64,000 bases of DNA from an uncultured delta proteobacterium (GTDB taxonomy: Bacteria; Myxococcota_A; Polyangia; Polyangiales; Polyangiaceae), in NCBI GenBank assembly GCA_963782055.1, contig CAWAIF010000003.1:2304001-2368000 (forward strand). The letters run 5' to 3'. Positions 49,417 to 60,900 of this stretch are shown here, piece after piece. The notes below the pieces were generated by a model, which worked only from the letters and a program-made list of their open reading frames with translations, had not been told where the DNA came from and searched no databases. The position numbers and the translations under genes are program-made. How positions within the stretch are numbered: position 1 is the stretch's first letter; each line of letters begins with the position of its first letter.

Positions 49417-49837
49417 TCAGGGGCAGCCGGCGTCGACCCAGCCGACCACCAGGGCGCGCTGCGCGTCGGTGGGCAGAGGGTTGCCGCCGTTCTCGACGGG
49501 GAACTTCTTCGCCGACACGGTGCAGTTCCAGCTCGGATCTCTGCGTCGTGGCGATGCCGCACCGGACCGTCTGGGAGAGGTTCACCACGACCTGCTTGTC
49601 GTGCATGTCGAACAGCGCCGGATCGCCCGCCGCGTGGCACCCGTTGCCCCCGCATGGCGCGCTCGGCTCGTGGCACTGCACGCAGTAGTCGCGGACGAAG
49701 GGGCCGACCCACGTGTCCCACGTCACGGCGCCGCCGTCGTCGGGGAAGGGCAAGAGCACGACCTCTTGCCCCTCCGGCGTGCTGGGCCCGCACGCGGCGG
49801 CGAGCAGAAGAAGGAGGGGGAGCGCGCGCCGCAGCAT
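49417..49837 (-). CDS. c-type cytochrome-like lipoprotein with frameshift at ~49540
   Basis: LAAA-C; YCVQCH and CGGNGCH; shifting frame gives DPSWNC...FP......LPTDAQRALVVGWVDAGCP* ending at 49417. Confidence 0.7.
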
Positions 49838-49854
49838 GCCGATCCGAGTCTACC

Positions 49855-50421
49855 TCAGTGGCTCGGGCTCGCGACGCAGCGGAAGAGCGGGGTGTGCACC
49901 GGTGCGCTGAACGACCGATCGAGCACACTGCCGTCGTCGAAGCGCAGGAGGAGATGGGCGGCGAGCGGCTCGCCGTCGGCGCTCGGCATGGAGTCGATGG
50001 CCACGACCACCGAAGCGAGCGCCGCCGGGTCGATCTCCCCCGCGTTCGATCCCACGGTGAAGGTGAACCGGATGGAGCCGTCGGTGGACTTCGCCGAGAC
50101 CGTCCCCGACGACCCCTGGCTCACCACGAGCGGTACGGCTTGTCCCTGGGTCGCGCTGCGCGTCACGTCCAGGTCGATCGCCGTGTACGGCGGGGCGACG
50201 TCGGTCGCGCCGACCACCTCGAGCGAGAGCACGTCGCCCGGCGCCGCGTCCGGGTCGACCGCGCCGCAAGCCTGCGGGGTGCGATAGGCCTCGACGCTGG
50301 AGGGCTGGAAGTCGAGCGGCGCGCGATACCCGTTGTTGCCGGGGTCGCAACCGCAGCCGGCGGCGAAGGCGGAGACGGAGACGACGAAGGCGAGGAAACC
50401 GGCGAGGGGAAGGGAGCGCAT
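49855..50421 (-). CDS. Lipoprotein, hypothetical
   Basis: FAAG-C lipobox; beta-rich mature part. Confidence 0.7.
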   Translation of the reverse strand: MRSLPLAGFLAFVVSVSAFAAGCGCDPGNNGYRAPLDFQPSSVEAYRTPQACGAVDPDAAPGDVLSLEVVGATDVAPPYTAIDLDVTRSATQGQAVPLVVSQGSSGTVSAKSTDGSIRFTFTVGSNAGEIDPAALASVVVAIDSMPSADGEPLAAHLLLRFDDGSVLDRSFSAPVHTPLFRCVASPSH

Positions 50422-50663
50422 GGCCGGTCCCCTCGCAAGGCGTGTGCCGTGGCAGATGGAGGCTGGTTTTGCCTGTCGCCGCCGTGAGCGACGTGGCCTC
50501 GCGACCCGCCGAGCAAGACACTCGCGTCATGGTTATGGATCGGACCGGGTGGGGGCGCAGTGACCGCCGGGGTCTCCCGGGCGGAGGACCGCCTCGTCTC
50601 GCCGGACCGGGCGCGCCCCCGAGGAGCCGCCTCCGACGCCGGCGGTCTGGTAACCTGTGCACC

Positions 50664-51065
50664 ATGAGAGGAGCGCGCTGGGGTGTGCGGGGCTGGCTCG
50701 CCGTGGCGGCCATGGGCTCTTTCGTGCTCGCGGCGTGCAGCTCGGGTGGGTCGGACGACGACGCGGGCGTCGAGGCCGGCGTCGACAGCGGCGCGGGTGA
50801 CAGCGGCGACGACGGGTCGTCCTGCGGCGTCACGCTGTGCATTCACGGTGACCAGCCGCCGCAGTGCCCTTCGTGCGCGCCGTCGGGCGGGGACATCTGC
50901 TCGCCGCCGGCGCCCGTCACCTGCAACTACACGAACGGGTGCACCGGGGGCCAGGAGGAATCCAGGCAGTGTACGTGCGTGCTCCCGGACGCCGGGGCCG
51001 ACGACGCCGGCGACGCGGGCTCGAGCGGTGGAAACGCGCACTGGAGCTGCAAGAACGGCGCGTGA
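50664..51065 (+). CDS. Cys-rich lipoprotein
   Basis: VLAA-C; DAG linkers; CP..AP..G..C.....C.Y...C.C...W.C module like 16903-17532. Confidence 0.75.
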   Translation: MRGARWGVRGWLAVAAMGSFVLAACSSGGSDDDAGVEAGVDSGAGDSGDDGSSCGVTLCIHGDQPPQCPSCAPSGGDICSPPAPVTCNYTNGCTGGQEESRQCTCVLPDAGADDAGDAGSSGGNAHWSCKNGA

Positions 51066-51297
51066 TCCGGGGCCAGAGCCGGTCGGGTGCGCGGCCGGCC
51101 CCGGCCACGGGCTCGACGGCCCGGAGGCGCCCCGCGCAGGCGCGCCCGACGGGCCCGGCCTCACCCGCCGCCAGCCGCCCCTCGAGGGCACCGGAGAAGT
51201 GCGCCTGAACCCGTGGACCCTTGCAGGGTGGAGGCCGCCGGCGCCCGAAGCAAAATGGCCATTGCGTCGACGCAGAAAGCACGTTTCACTTCGCCGC

Positions 51298-52194
51298 ATG
51301 CTTCCGAGAGCCCTGCTTGCGATCGTCGGTTCAGCGCTCGTGTTCTCCGGGTGTGTCGGTGACTCACCCGTCGGCCCCGCGGACGCCGCCGTCGACGCGG
51401 GCGGCGTCCAGGATGCGATGCCCTCGCAGGACACCGGCAGTCCCATGGACGCTGCCGTCGAGGCCGCCGGGCCAGACGCGGGCGACGCGGCGGCCGGGTT
51501 CAGCGTGAAGAATCTCCCCGGGATCGCGCTCTGGCTGGACGCTGCCAAGGGCGTGGTGAACGACGGCAACCAGAAGGTCAGCACGTGGAGCGACCAGTCG
51601 GGCAACAGCAACGACGCCACGCAGAGCCTGCCCGGCAACCAGCCGACCCTGGGAGCACAGACCATCAACGGCATGGCCGCCATCCATTTCGTGGGTGGGC
51701 AGGACCTCGAGATCGCCGACAGCGCGAGCCTTCAGTTGGGCACGGGCGACTTCTTCATCGCCGTAGTCGCCCGCTGGACAAATGTCAGCGGCTTCGCTCA
51801 GCTCTATGGAAAGAAGGAGCCTCTCAATCCGTACAATGGGGCAGGAATGTGGGGGAACTATCCCACGAATGGCCTCGTCGGCGGCGAGACGCAGACCGGT
51901 CTCTCCGTCGCCAGCACCACCAGCTCCCTCAACGACAACGTGGCGCGCCAGTACGCCGTGCGGCGCAGCGGCAGCACCCTGAGCCTGCGCGTCAACGGAA
52001 AGACCGAGGGCACGACGGCGAACGCGACATCCGACTGCAGCGCCGTCGGCACGAAGGCCTACATCGGTCAGAACGGCGGGTCCCAGTACCCGCTCGATGG
52101 TGACATCGCGGAGCTCGTCGTCATCAAGGGGTCCATCTCGGGGACCGACCTCACCGCTCTCGAGACGTATCTCGCGAACAAGTACAAGCTCTGA
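51298..52194 (+). CDS. LamG-like jellyroll lipoprotein
   Basis: FSG-CVGD; LWLDA..GV...VSTWSDQSGN.N.A.Q, GDIAELVV, LETYLANKY. Confidence 0.85.
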   Translation: MLPRALLAIVGSALVFSGCVGDSPVGPADAAVDAGGVQDAMPSQDTGSPMDAAVEAAGPDAGDAAAGFSVKNLPGIALWLDAAKGVVNDGNQKVSTWSDQSGNSNDATQSLPGNQPTLGAQTINGMAAIHFVGGQDLEIADSASLQLGTGDFFIAVVARWTNVSGFAQLYGKKEPLNPYNGAGMWGNYPTNGLVGGETQTGLSVASTTSSLNDNVARQYAVRRSGSTLSLRVNGKTEGTTANATSDCSAVGTKAYIGQNGGSQYPLDGDIAELVVIKGSISGTDLTALETYLANKYKL

Positions 52195-52224
52195 TCGGAC
52201 GCCACCCCAGGCGAGTTTCCGCCC

Positions 52225-52466
52225 GCGCCAGTACGAACGGCGGCAGGACCGTCATGCCCGTGAAGCCGAGGATGCCGCGATGGATCGGCATGAGGATGTC
52301 CAGGATGTCGCCGTTGAGCGAGCCCGGGCCGAACGCCGCCTCCGGACCGCCCGTCGTGACGGAGAGCAACGTCCGCTTGCCGCGGAGCTTGCCGCGCTCG
52401 AACAGGTACTGGCGGCCATACACCGCGCCGGAGACGAACACCCGGTCGAACCACCCCTTCAGGATC
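52225..52466 (-). pseudogene. Internal fragment of an NAD(P)H:quinone oxidoreductase (flavodoxin-2 family)
   Basis: ILKGWFDRVF, GKRTLLSVTTGG, LMPIHRGILGFTGMTVLPPF; both ends missing. Confidence 0.75.
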
Positions 52467-52593
52467 GATCTCCCCGCGACGGTGGCGCCCGCGAGCGCGT
52501 CCCAGTCCCGTCATCGCCAGGGCCGCAACCCTTCGCTTCAGGACGACACGCGGGCTGGCCTGGTCGCCTCCGGGTGGACCCGCCGGCGAGGCG

Positions 52594-53271
52594 TCACCGG
52601 CACGGCTTCACCGCCACGCACGAGCGCCGGACTTCCCGGCCGGACACCGCCACGGACGCGGTCAGCTTGGGCGACTCCGACTTCTCGACCTGCGTGTCCT
52701 GCATCGTGAAGGTCTGCATGTCGGGCGCGAAGTCGAACGCCTTGAACCACACCGGGTCGGGGCCGAGGTGCAGCTGGGTGCGCCCCGGCGGGGGGGCGCC
52801 CCCCTTCCCGCACAGCGAGCCCTTGCACACCGCCACGCCGTCGGTCCGGTACCCGAGGACGGGCGTCTGCCAGACGAGGGTGCGGCCCGTCAGCCGCCCT
52901 CGCGCGGCGACGGCGCAGGCGTCGGGGGTCGTCGAGGTGTCGGTGGTGCTGGTGAACTCGCTGCTCCAGAACAGCACCGAGGAGCGGATGACGAAGTGCT
53001 CGTGCATCCCGTAGGAGAGCATGTTGACCGTGCCGCCGGGGACGCCCCGCACGTTGTCGAAGCGGAGCACCGTCTTGCCGGGGCCCACCGGGTAGATGCC
53101 GTCGCCCTTGCCGAACGGCGTGTCGGTGAGCTTCAGGTTGGCGGCGAGCGTGTACTCGATCTGGAAGGCGTCGCACGGCGGTGGCTGCGCAGCGTCCGTC
53201 GGCGCGAGCGCGACGAGGAGGAGCGCGGCGACCGAGGCGGCGGCGAGGAGGCGGTGGCGCAGCGCGGACAT
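52594..53271 (-). CDS. Secreted hypothetical protein
   Basis: Signal [27 protein letters not shown]; paired Cys. Confidence 0.7.
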   Translation of the reverse strand: MSALRHRLLAAASVAALLLVALAPTDAAQPPPCDAFQIEYTLAANLKLTDTPFGKGDGIYPVGPGKTVLRFDNVRGVPGGTVNMLSYGMHEHFVIRSSVLFWSSEFTSTTDTSTTPDACAVAARGRLTGRTLVWQTPVLGYRTDGVAVCKGSLCGKGGAPPPGRTQLHLGPDPVWFKAFDFAPDMQTFTMQDTQVEKSESPKLTASVAVSGREVRRSCVAVKPCR

Positions 53272-53515
53272 ACCCCGGGGCTTGCATCGCGGGTGCCAGC
53301 CGGACCGTGGCCCCCTCGCGGCTCGCCTCGCTCCGCTCGGTGCGCCAGCTCCTCGCTGGTGCTCGCGCCGAGTGAACGACCCTCCTGCGAGCGCGAGCGC
53401 AGCGAGTGCGCCAGCCGCGACCGGGCAAGCCGAGCGCAAACTCCGCGCCGCGCGCGACGCCCCGCGGCGACCGCCGCACCTGCCGGCCGGTACACGACAT
53501 GCATGCCGCCAGGCC

Positions 53516-54898
53516 ATGGTGAACGCCTCATCGGACGCCGTGGTCTTCTTCGGTGCGACCGGGGATCTCGCGCACAAGAAGGTCTTTCCCGCGCTGCACG
53601 CCATGGTGAAGCGTGGCCACCTGAACGTGCCGGTCATCGGAGTGGCCAAGGCGGGCTGGAACCTCGACCAGCTCAAGGCCCGCGCCAGAGACAGCGTGCA
53701 GAAGCACGGCGGCGGTGTCGATGGCGCCGCCTTCGACAAGCTCTGCTCGCTGCTCCGGTACGTGGACGGCGACTACGAAGATCCGGCGACGTTCGATCGC
53801 CTGCGCGGCGCGCTGGGCTCGGCGCAGCGGCCGCTGCACTATCTCGCCATCCCGACCAGCCTGTTCTCGACCGTGGTCGCGCAGCTCGGCCGCTCGGGCT
53901 GCGCGAGAGACGGACGCGTCGTGGCGGAGAAGCCCTTCGGCCGCGATCTCGCCTCCGCGCAGGCGCTCAACCGCTCGCTCCTCGCCGTGTTCCCGGAGGC
54001 GGCCGTCTTTCGCATCGACCACTACCTCGGCAAGGAGCCCGTGCAGAACCTGCTCTACTTCCGCTTCAGCAACGCGCTCTTCGAGCCGATCTGGAATCGC
54101 AACTACGTCGAGAGCGTGCAGATCACCATGGCCGAGAGCTTTGGAGTCGAGGGCCGCGGGAGCTTCTACGATCAGGTCGGGACGATCCGCGACGTCATCG
54201 AGAATCACATGCTGCAGGTGACCGCGTGTCTCGCGATGGAGGCGCCGCTGGGAGGTCACCCCGAGACGCTGCGCGACGCGAAGGCGCGGCTGCTCGAGGC
54301 CATCACCCCGCTCGACCCGCAGAGAGTGGTGCGCGGCCAGTTCCGCGGCTACCGTGACGAGCCAGGGGTGGCCGCCGATTCGCGGGTCGAGACCTTCGCC
54401 GCGGTGCGGCTCCACATCGACAACTGGCGCTGGGCGGGCGTGCCCTTCTACATCCGCGCCGGCAAGTGCCTCCCGGTCACCTGCACCGAGGTGCTCGTCT
54501 CGCTCAAGGCGCCGCCGACCTCGGCCTTCGGCGAGAGGTTCGAGCGCTCCAACTACGTGCGCTTCCGGCTCGGGCCCGACGTCGCCATCGCCCTCGGTGT
54601 GCGCTCGAAGACGCCGGGGGAGGCCATGGTGGGCCAGGACGTGGAGCTGCTCGCCGCGCGAGGCGCGCGCGACGAGATGGAGGCCTACGAGCGCCTCCTC
54701 GGCGACGCGATGAGGGGCGACGCCACCATGTTCGCGCGCGAGGACACCGTCGAGGCGGAGTGGCGGATCGTCGAGCCGATCCTGGGCAGCACGGACTCGC
54801 CACACGAGTACGAGGCCGGAACGTGGGGCCCCGCCGAAGCCACTGGCCTGATCGATCGCTCCGGTGGCTGGCACCAGCCGCAGGAGCCACCCTCGTGA
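53516..54898 (+). CDS. zwf: Glucose-6-phosphate 1-dehydrogenase
   Basis: [35 protein letters not shown]. Confidence 0.97.
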   Translation: MVNASSDAVVFFGATGDLAHKKVFPALHAMVKRGHLNVPVIGVAKAGWNLDQLKARARDSVQKHGGGVDGAAFDKLCSLLRYVDGDYEDPATFDRLRGALGSAQRPLHYLAIPTSLFSTVVAQLGRSGCARDGRVVAEKPFGRDLASAQALNRSLLAVFPEAAVFRIDHYLGKEPVQNLLYFRFSNALFEPIWNRNYVESVQITMAESFGVEGRGSFYDQVGTIRDVIENHMLQVTACLAMEAPLGGHPETLRDAKARLLEAITPLDPQRVVRGQFRGYRDEPGVAADSRVETFAAVRLHIDNWRWAGVPFYIRAGKCLPVTCTEVLVSLKAPPTSAFGERFERSNYVRFRLGPDVAIALGVRSKTPGEAMVGQDVELLAARGARDEMEAYERLLGDAMRGDATMFAREDTVEAEWRIVEPILGSTDSPHEYEAGTWGPAEATGLIDRSGGWHQPQEPPS

Positions 54899-54966
54899 GA
54901 GGCGTCACGACACGCCGGAGGTGGCGCGATCCCACCTTCGGCGGCGGCGTGTGGGGTGTGCGGCCG

Positions 54967-57900
54967 TCACCCGGGTGGTGATGCTCGCCCGAGCCGCACG
55001 CGCACCTCGTGTACGCCGGAGGCGCTCGCGTCGATGGGGACGCGACCGGACTCCAGCCGGACGCGGTCGAGGGTCGTCCACGCGACGCCCGCGCTCACGG
55101 CGTCGGGGTTCTCGACGACCACGTGCAGCTCCTGGGAGCCGGCGCGGACCCAGGCCTCGAAGCCTCTCCAGGCGCGAGGGATGCACGGGTCCACGCGCAG
55201 CGCGCCGTCCTCCCTGCGGAGGCCGAGGATGCCCTCGACGCCGAGCCGCCAGGCCCACGCGGCCGCGCCGCTGTACCAGGTCCACCCGCCGCGCCCCACC
55301 CAGGGTGGCGCGCCGTAGACGTCGCCCGCGAGCACGTACGGCTCGACCCTGTAGCGCGCCACCTCCTCCGGTGTTCTCGTCCGCAGCACCGGGTTGAGCA
55401 GGCGGAAGATGTGCTCGGCGCCATCGCCGTCGCGGAGCGCGACGTGAGCCCAGCCCAGCCAGGTCGCCGCGTGCGTGTACTGCCCGCCGTTCTCCCGGAT
55501 CCCCGGGGGGTAGGCGCGGATGTAGCCGGGGTCGTGCGGCGTCGCGTCGAACGGCGGCCGGAGCAGGAGGATGAGCCGGTCGTCCTCGAGGACCAGCTTC
55601 TCGTCGGCCGCCTTCACGGCCACGCGCGCGCGCGCCGGGTCGGCGACGCCGGAGAGGGCGGCCCAGGACTGGGCGATGGAGTCGATCCGGCACTCGCGTG
55701 ACTTCGCCGAGCCGAGGAGGGAGCCGTCGTCGTGAAAGGCGCGCAGGTACCACCCTCCGTCCCATGCGCTGTCCTGCAGCTTCTGGCCCAGGGACGCCGC
55801 CCGTCCGCGCCACGTCGCGGCCTCGTCGTCCTTGCCGGCGCGCTCGCAGACGGCGGCGAACCGGTTCATCGTGAGGGAGAGAAACCACCCGAGCCAGACG
55901 CTCTCGCCGCGGCCCTTCGCGCCGACGCGATTCATCCCGTCGTTCCAGTCCCCGTCACCCATGAGCGGCAGACCGTGGCGCCCGTGGGTCGAGGCGCGCT
56001 CGAGGGCGCGGCGGCAGTGCTCGAACAGCGGCGAGGTCCGCGCCGCCGGCGCGTACTGGGCGTACCGGTCGTGCTCCTCGGCCGTCAGGGGATCGGCGGA
56101 CAGGAAAGGCGCCTCTTCGGAGAGAACTGCGACGTCGCCGGTCGCGAGGACGTACTCGGCGGTGACGAAGGGGAGCCACGCCATGTCGTCGGAGCAACGC
56201 GTGCGCACGCCGCGGTCCGACGGCGGGTGCCACCAGTGCAGCACGTCGCCTTCCTCGAACTGGTGCGCGGCCGAATCGAGGATGTGCGCGCGGGCGCGCT
56301 CCGGCGCCGCCTGCAGCAGCGCCAGGACGTCCTGAAGCTGGTCGCGGAAACCGAACGCGCCGCTCGACTGGTAGAAGGCCGTGCGACCGAACACCCGTGA
56401 CGCGAGCGACTGGTAGAGGAACCAGCGATTGAGCATCAGGTCCATCGCCGCGTCCGGGGTCTTCACGCGCACGCTGCCGAGGAGTCCGTCCCAGAACGCG
56501 CCCAGCTCCTTCCACGCCGCGTCCACGGTGCCGCGCTGCCGGAAGCGGGCGACGACCTCCAGCGCCTCCGCGCGACTGCCCGCCTGCCCGAGGACGAAGT
56601 GCGTCTCCACGGTCTCGCCCGGCGCGAGCTCGAGGTGGACCTGCAGCGCGGCGCAGGGGTCGACCCCCGCGTCGGCGCGCCCGGAGAGCCCCCAGCGCCC
56701 CAGCGCCTCCGGTCGTGCAGGGTCCCCCCGGCGCCCGAGAAACTCGGTGCGGTCGGTCGTGAAGCCGTGCAGCTCGCGCTCCGATGCGAGGAAGGCGACG
56801 CGATCTCCGAACTCGGCGTTCCAGTTGCATCGCGCGAGGAGGCAGGCGCCCGGCCGATCGACCTCCGGCGCCACATACGCCCGTTGCTCCTCCGGCAAGC
56901 TCCCGAGGACCCACTCGGCGTAGTACGTCGCGGTGAGCCGCCGGGGCCGGGGGAGGGTGTTCTCCAGCCGGAGGCGCACCACCTTGAGCGGCGCGCCGGA
57001 CGGCACGAAGACCGTCAGCTCCTGCTTCAGTCCGTGGCTGTGCTGCGTGTAGCGGGTGTAGCCCGCGCCGTGTCGCACCAGGGTCTCGGCATCCCGACCC
57101 GCCGGCAGCGGCGTCGTGGACCAGACCGCAGCCGTCTGCTCGTCGCGCAGGTAGAGCGCCTCCGAGGGCGTGTCGAACACGGGGTCGTTCCTCCACGGGG
57201 TGAGCCGGTTCTCGCCGGCGTTGAGCGACCACGTGCTGCCCAGCGAAGACTCGCTCACCAGGCAGCCCATCTCCGGATTGGCGAGGACGTTGCACCACGG
57301 CGCCGGGGTCGGGCTCGTCGGCCCGACCGAGAGCACGTACTCGCGCCCGTCCTCGGTGAACCCTCCCGTCCCGTTGTCCAGCAGGAGCGCGGGTCGCTGC
57401 GGGGCGCTGTCGCTCGCGTCGACCGGCAGGGCGGGCTCGAAGCGCGGGAGCTTGGACGGCGCCGGGGCGGGGCGCGACAGCCGTGCGCCGAGGGAGCCGT
57501 CGCGCGTGTCCAGCAGGACGTGCGCGCTCGCCTCGAGGTGCGCGCGCTCGTCGCCCCCGAGCTGGTCCATCGCCAGCACGAACACGCCGCCATGCTGGTT
57601 CAGCAGGTCGCCGGCCTGGTGCGTCGCGAGCACGGTCTGGAGCGTCCCGGAGCCCCCGTTTGCGTAGCCCGTCGCCTGTTCGTCCAGAAGGACCAGATCG
57701 AAGCGCACGCCGCACGCGCGGAGGTAGCGCTGGGCGGCGAGCGTCTCCCCGAGGAGCGCGGCCTCCGCGTCGTGGACGCGCACGAAGACGATGGGGTCGT
57801 CGCCGGAGATCCCGCGGCCCCACAGGCGACTCTTGCACGGACGCGCCGACGCGATGACCTCGGGCGGCGCACGCAGGGTGGGGTCGGCGTAGAGGAGCGC

Positions 57901-60900
57901 GGAGAAGAGGCGCTGCACCATCGGTACGAGGTAAGGCTCGACGCGGGCGCGCGTGAGGCGTCGCGGGCTCTCCTGCTCGGCGTCGAGGAAGGCCCACCGG
58001 GCCGCGTGCAGCGAGCCGTAGCGGCGCGCGATCTCCAGCACGGCGCCCCGCGAGCGGGCGACCGCGGTGACGAAGGCCAGCGTGACGCTCGCTCCGGGCT
58101 TGAGCTCGACGCTCGCCGTCAGGCTCATCACCGGATCGAGGACCGCGCCGACGCGCCCGTCGTATCCGGGTTTTCCCCCCGGGGGTGCGAGCGGAGTGCG
58201 CGTGCCTTGACCGCGCCCGTACAGCGCCGCGCGATCGGTCTCGTAGCCCACACGGTGCACGGAGGGCCCCTCGTGTACGAGGCGGTGGACGAGGACGGCG
58301 CGCTCCTCTTTGGGGGACCTGGGGCGTCGCGCGAAGAGCAGCGCGTCGAGGTCCGACACCAGCTCGCTCTCGATGAACATCCGCGAGAAGGCCGGGTGCC
58401 GCCCGGCCTCCTGCGGAGCTTGCAGCACGGGCTCGGCCGCGCTCGTCACGGTGAGGCGTCGCCCGCGACCGGACTCGTTGTGCAGCGTGATCCTCCGCAC
58501 CTCGACGTCGTCGGCGGCGGCCACGGTGACGTCGACGTGCGCCGAGATCCCCTCGCCGCGCCGGTGGAACTCCGCCTCGTGCATCGAGTAGGTCGTGCGG
58601 CCCTGGTCGGAGGTCGCGCGCCAGGCGCGTCCGGTCTCCTGATCGCGCAGGAAGATCCACACGCCGTCCTCGTCGCGGGTGGGGTCGGCGCGGTACCGGG
58701 TGAGGGCGAGCCCCTGCCAGGAGAGACCGCCGCCCCCGGCCTCGGTCAGCACGCTGCTCAGCCGGCCGTTGCTCACGACGAAGGCCTGCGGCCGGTCGTC
58801 CGCGCTCGGAGTCCACGGTGAGGGAGCGCTCGCCGGCGTCTGGGAGTTCTCTTGGGCGGGACGGCTCTCCGCGCCATCGGCGAACGGCCACTCCGCGGGC
58901 GCCACGGCGGGCGCGCGCTCGTTGAGCAGCACCTCCCCCGTCGCGACCGAAGGCTCCCCGTGGAACCGGGAGAGCATGACGCCATCGTTGAGGTAGTTGT
59001 CGAGCGCGACGAGCGCCATCCCCTGGTGGTGCGCCATGTACAATCGCACGACGGCGTAGGGCCGACCGTCCGGGGCGCGGTCCGGCTGGAGATCGACGGC
59101 CTCGAAGAAGCCGTAGGTGCCCATCATCCCCATGGACTCGAGCTTGGCCATGTTGTCGACGACGGCGCGCGGGTTCATCGAGAGCGCGAGCATCGACGCG
59201 TAGGGGGCGATCACCAGGTCCTCCTCCAGACCGCGCTTGAAGCCCAGTCCCGGGACGCCGAAGGAGCGGTACTGGTAGGTCTTCTGAGCGTCGAGTCGCG
59301 CGTAGGCCGACTCGGAGATCCCCCAGGGCGCGCCCCTCGCCTCGCCGTAGGCAATCTGCGCCGCGACGGCGAGCTCGCAGCTCTGCGCGAGCAAGGTGCC
59401 CTCCGCGCTCGTCATCAGGAGGCTCGGCATCAGGTACTCGAACATGGTGCCGCCCCAGGACAGGAGCGCCGGTGCGCCGGCCACGCGGGTCATCGGCCGG
59501 CCGAGCGCGACCCAGTGCGATTCGGGCACCTGGTGTCCCACGATGGCGAGGTAGCTCGCCAGCCGCGCCTCCGACGCCAGGAGGTCGTAGTGGTGCGGGT
59601 CCACCCGGTCGAGCGTCACGTTGTACCCGATGCGGAAGAGGTTTCGGTCGCGGTCGAACAGGAGCCGGAAGTCCATCCCCCGCGCCTCCGCCTCGGCGCG
59701 CGTCGCGACGCTTGCGAGCTCGTCGCAGAGGAAGGCCGCGCCGGTCTCCGCGGCGGTGAAGGCTTCTCTCAGCCGGCGTGCCGATTCCTCCACCGCCGCG
59801 CTCGGGCCAGGCCCGCCGTCCTCGCTCTGCGCGCGCAGCCACTCCTCCAGCTGGGCCCGCAGGCTCCGGCACGCTGCCGGGACCTCGTCGAGCCTGGGGG
59901 CCGAAGGCGGCTGCAGCCCGGCGGCGGCTGGCTCGTCTCGCAGCGCGAGCCAGGGGAGAAGGCAATCGTGCTCCCGGCGCATCTGCTGCAGCTGCTCGTG
60001 AACGCGATCCGCCCACGTCCGCAGCGCGTGCAGGAGCGCAGGCTCGTGGCGGTAGGCGCCCGTCTCGAGCAGCGCGAGGAGGTGCCGGTCCATCTCCGCG
60101 AGGCTGTCGTCGCAGAGGCCGCGGAGCGTGGCGTAGCCGTCCTCCGGACGATGGCATCCCTGCTCCGTCGCCGCCCGCATGGCCACGAGGGTCGCGCGGA
60201 GCGCGCCCGAGCCCGGCGCCGCGAGCGAGACGACGACCTCGTCGAGCAGGTCGAGGGTGTCGCAGAGACCCTCCCACGCGGCCGGGCGGCCAACCGGCGC
60301 GCGCGTCACGTCCGCGCACCCCTGCGCGAGGGCGATCAGGCAGCCGGCGAAGTTCCCGCTGTCCACGGTGGAGACGTACTGCGGGAGCAGCGGCTGGAGG
60401 TTCTTCGTCTCGTACCAGTTGAGGAGGTGTCCCTGGTAGTGGACGAGGCGCCCGATGCTGTCGAGCGAGCTGTGCAGCCGCAGCGACAGCTCGCCCGGAC
60501 CGAGATAGCCGAGGTCGTGCGCCGCGAGCGTCGAGAGGAGCATGAGCCCGATGTTGGTCGGCGAGGTGCGGCGCGCCGTCTGCTCGTGGGGCTCCTCCTG
60601 GTAGTTGTCCACGGGCAGCCACTGGTCGCTCGGCCCGACGAAGGTCTCGAAGAAGAGCCACGTCCGGCGCGCGAGGCGCCGCAGGTCGCGCCGATCGGAC
60701 GGGAGCAGCGGCGCGGAGCGCGACGGCTCCGCCCGGCTCACCCACCGCGCGATCTCCGGGCCCAGCAACCAGGCGAGCAGCAGCGGGGCCGCCACGACCA
60801 GCGCCGAAGGGCGGACGAGCGCGACGACCTCTGTGATCGCGACGGCGACGAGTGGCCCGGCGAGCATCTCTCGCCAGAGGAGCGGGCGCGACTGGCGTGC

